Shown: positions 62,435 through 64,000 of the stretch, one piece after another
How positions within the stretch are numbered: the stretch's first letter is position 1
Layout: the number at the start of each line of letters is the position of its first letter
From: Thermoleophilia bacterium
GTDB lineage: Bacteria > Actinomycetota > Thermoleophilia > Gaiellales > JAICJC01
Length of the DNA: 64,000 bases
Direction: 5' to 3'
NCBI GenBank assembly: GCA_025927685.1
Contig: JAICKX010000002.1
Coordinates: forward strand, 3,442-67,441
The notes under the pieces: generated by a model
What the model was told of the DNA's origin: nothing
The model's database searches: none
What the model saw: the letters and a program-made list of their open reading frames with translations, nothing else
Position numbers and translations under genes: made by a program

Positions 62435-63244
62435 GTGAGACACCTTCAGATAGCCGTGAGTGGGGTCGCGCTGGCAGCGTCGGCGAGCGGTGGTGTTGTT
62501 GTCGACTCCGCAGTGGCCGGAGTTGTCGCGAAATGCGGATCGCAGACCGCGACGATCACGGGTACGCCTGGGGATGACGTCTTGGTGGGGACATCTGGCG
62601 GCGATGTGATCGTCGCACTTGGCGGCGATGACGTGATTCGAGGTCGCGGTGGGAGCGATCTGATCTGTTCTGGAGATGGCGATGACGCGGTGTTCGGAGG
62701 GGGTGGCCAAGACGTCGCGTTCGCTGGGCCAGGACGGGATCGGCTGTTTGGTGGTGCCGGCGGGGATCTGTTCGGCGGGTTCGCGAAATCGAGCGGCGGC
62801 CCTGGTGATGACATCATGCGTGGCGGTCGGGGATTCGATGAGCTGCAAGGCGGCCGCGGCGCCGACACGTTGCGGGGTGGCGCTGGAGTGGACCTTTTGC
62901 ACGCTGGCCGCGGAAGAGGAGAACGCTACGCCGGCGGCGCCGGCGCTGACGTCGTGTTCTTCTTCACGTTCCCGGCGGGGGTGATCGCGAATCTGACCAC
63001 TGGTCGCGCGTCAGCTAGCGGATTCACCGCTCGACTTGTCGCCGTGGAGAACATGGTCGGCAGCCCGGGTGGCGATGTACTCGCCGGCGATGCAAACCCG
63101 AACCGCATCGACGGCGAGGGCGGCGGCGACACAATCTTTGGACGCGCTGGAGACGACAACCTCATCGGCGGGCTCGGCACCGACACGATCAACGGCGGCG
63201 TCGGCACCGATACCTGCGCCGGTGAAACCACCACCAACTGCTAG
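62435..63244 (+). CDS. Secreted RTX-like repeat protein, paralog of 61429..62307
   Basis: GTG follows GGGAGG. The layout is the same: N-terminal CGSQTATITGTPGDD, GGxGxD repeats, and C-terminal GTDTCAGETTTNC. Confidence 0.75.
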   Translation: MRHLQIAVSGVALAASASGGVVVDSAVAGVVAKCGSQTATITGTPGDDVLVGTSGGDVIVALGGDDVIRGRGGSDLICSGDGDDAVFGGGGQDVAFAGPGRDRLFGGAGGDLFGGFAKSSGGPGDDIMRGGRGFDELQGGRGADTLRGGAGVDLLHAGRGRGERYAGGAGADVVFFFTFPAGVIANLTTGRASASGFTARLVAVENMVGSPGGDVLAGDANPNRIDGEGGGDTIFGRAGDDNLIGGLGTDTINGGVGTDTCAGETTTNC

Positions 63245-63305
63245 TCCAATGCAAGCTCCGATACGCGGTTCTTGGAGGGCTTTCACGGGCTTGGAGGGCG
63301 GAGTC

Positions 63306-63806
63306 ATGGGTCGACGTTTTTCGATATGCACGGTGCTTGTGGGCGCGATACTCCTCTCGAGCGTGGGCGTGGCGAGTGCGGCGACTACGCGGGTGGATAC
63401 CGTGAAGGGGGCCGAGGTGGCCTATACCTCGACACAAGGCACGTTCACCGGATATGCGGACGGTGACCTCCCTGGCACGTGGGCCGCCGTGATCGACCAC
63501 ACCGTTCTCTCCCCCGACGCGACCATCACCGGCGGCACCCTCACCCTGCTGACGCTGATCCATTGGCTCCCGACGACGGTCGGGGGCACCTTTGCTGACG
63601 GCGGCACCGTCAGCCGCGTCTATCAGGAGGCCGGCTGCGGCGTTCAGAGGTACGCCATCAAGGACAAACTCGTGCACGTCGGCGTCGACGGCGGGTCGGG
63701 CACGGGTGACGTCTCGGCGACCCTGACGCACCACCGGCGCTGGATCCTCGGACGCTGCATCGCCTACGCGGCGACCATCACCGGAACGGTACACCTGACG
63801 TTCTGA
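63306..63806 (+). CDS. Secreted hypothetical protein (166 aa)
   Basis: ATG 63306 follows GGAGGGCGGAG. Signal peptide ICTVLVGAILLSSVGVASA and a beta-rich mature part. No family was recognised. Confidence 0.55.
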   Translation: MGRRFSICTVLVGAILLSSVGVASAATTRVDTVKGAEVAYTSTQGTFTGYADGDLPGTWAAVIDHTVLSPDATITGGTLTLLTLIHWLPTTVGGTFADGGTVSRVYQEAGCGVQRYAIKDKLVHVGVDGGSGTGDVSATLTHHRRWILGRCIAYAATITGTVHLTF

Positions 63807-64000
63807 GACGCGACCCGCGGAAGGACGACTCTTCGCCTGTGCGTCCGGCTAGCCCCGATTTGCATCGCGAGACGGCGGCGCGGTATCGCGGGCGCTTCCT
63901 CGGCAAGGCGGAGTCGCCGCGCTCCGCCGTGGGGAGCCCGCTGCGTCGGGCCGATGCGGGGCAGCATGAGGCCGACAGGAGGGTTGGGCAGAGTGCGGCA

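Noticed and set aside
1-64000. CRISPR arrays, rRNA genes, intact IS elements or integrases
   Set aside because: Reading both strands, I noticed no regularly spaced direct repeats, no rRNA-like stretches, and no DDE-transposase or tyrosine-integrase-like ORFs. Only the decayed resolvase fragment at 32.4-32.7 kb was seen.

Overview
This is a very GC-rich, gene-dense chromosomal window. Composition, lipobox and TAT signals, and frequent GTG/TTG starts with 4-nt stop/start overlaps suggest an Actinomycetota-like genome, but that is inference only. I support about 70 protein-coding genes and 3 tRNAs (Gly-TCC, Pro-TGG, Arg-TCT). I found no rRNA, no CRISPR array and no intact transposase or integrase. 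Many long ORFs in the supplied track (Arg/Pro/Gly-rich, for example 2635-7338 and 55709-59215) are off-frame or antisense shadows of real genes. I separated them from real genes by third-position GC, residue composition and family motifs recalled from memory, since no searches were possible. Gene content by block: (1) 1-5 kb holds a phosphoesterase, a GH5 lipoprotein, tRNA-Gly, a GFA protein and a large polytopic membrane protein. (2) 5-12 kb is a methylated-amine/one-carbon block: a fused DMG-oxidase-type enzyme, a choline-kinase-like gene, a MAO-type flavoprotein translationally coupled to a stand-alone GcvT-family protein, and an MFS transporter. (3) 12-19 kb holds regulators, an orphan polyamine-type binding protein, an ECF sigma with a fused SnoaL-like domain, a STAS protein and a DHA2 MFS transporter. 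(4) 19-23 kb is an Lrp/APC-permease/M24-peptidase/cyclophilin-like operon. (5) 23-32 kb holds an MBL hydrolase, a two-component system and cell-wall enzymes. (6) 32.1-33.8 kb is a decayed integrative islet at tRNA-Pro. (7) 34-39 kb holds a BNR protein, an L,D-transpeptidase, an orphan DNA methyltransferase and tRNA-Arg. (8) 39.8-49.3 kb is a tightly coupled Wzx/Wzy polysaccharide operon with three different sulfotransferases; this is my top candidate for an undescribed system (a sulfated surface glycan). (9) 50-55 kb holds a kinase, an oxidoreductase, a ribokinase and a nucleoside hydrolase. (10) 55.7-59.5 kb holds two RsbR-type STAS sensors around a PAS-GGDEF-EAL enzyme, with no RsbS/RsbT in the window. 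(11) 59.8-63.8 kb is a visibly less GC-rich stretch of tiny genes plus paralogous Sec-type RTX-like proteins. Start codons are often uncertain, and all family assignments need HMM/BLAST confirmation.
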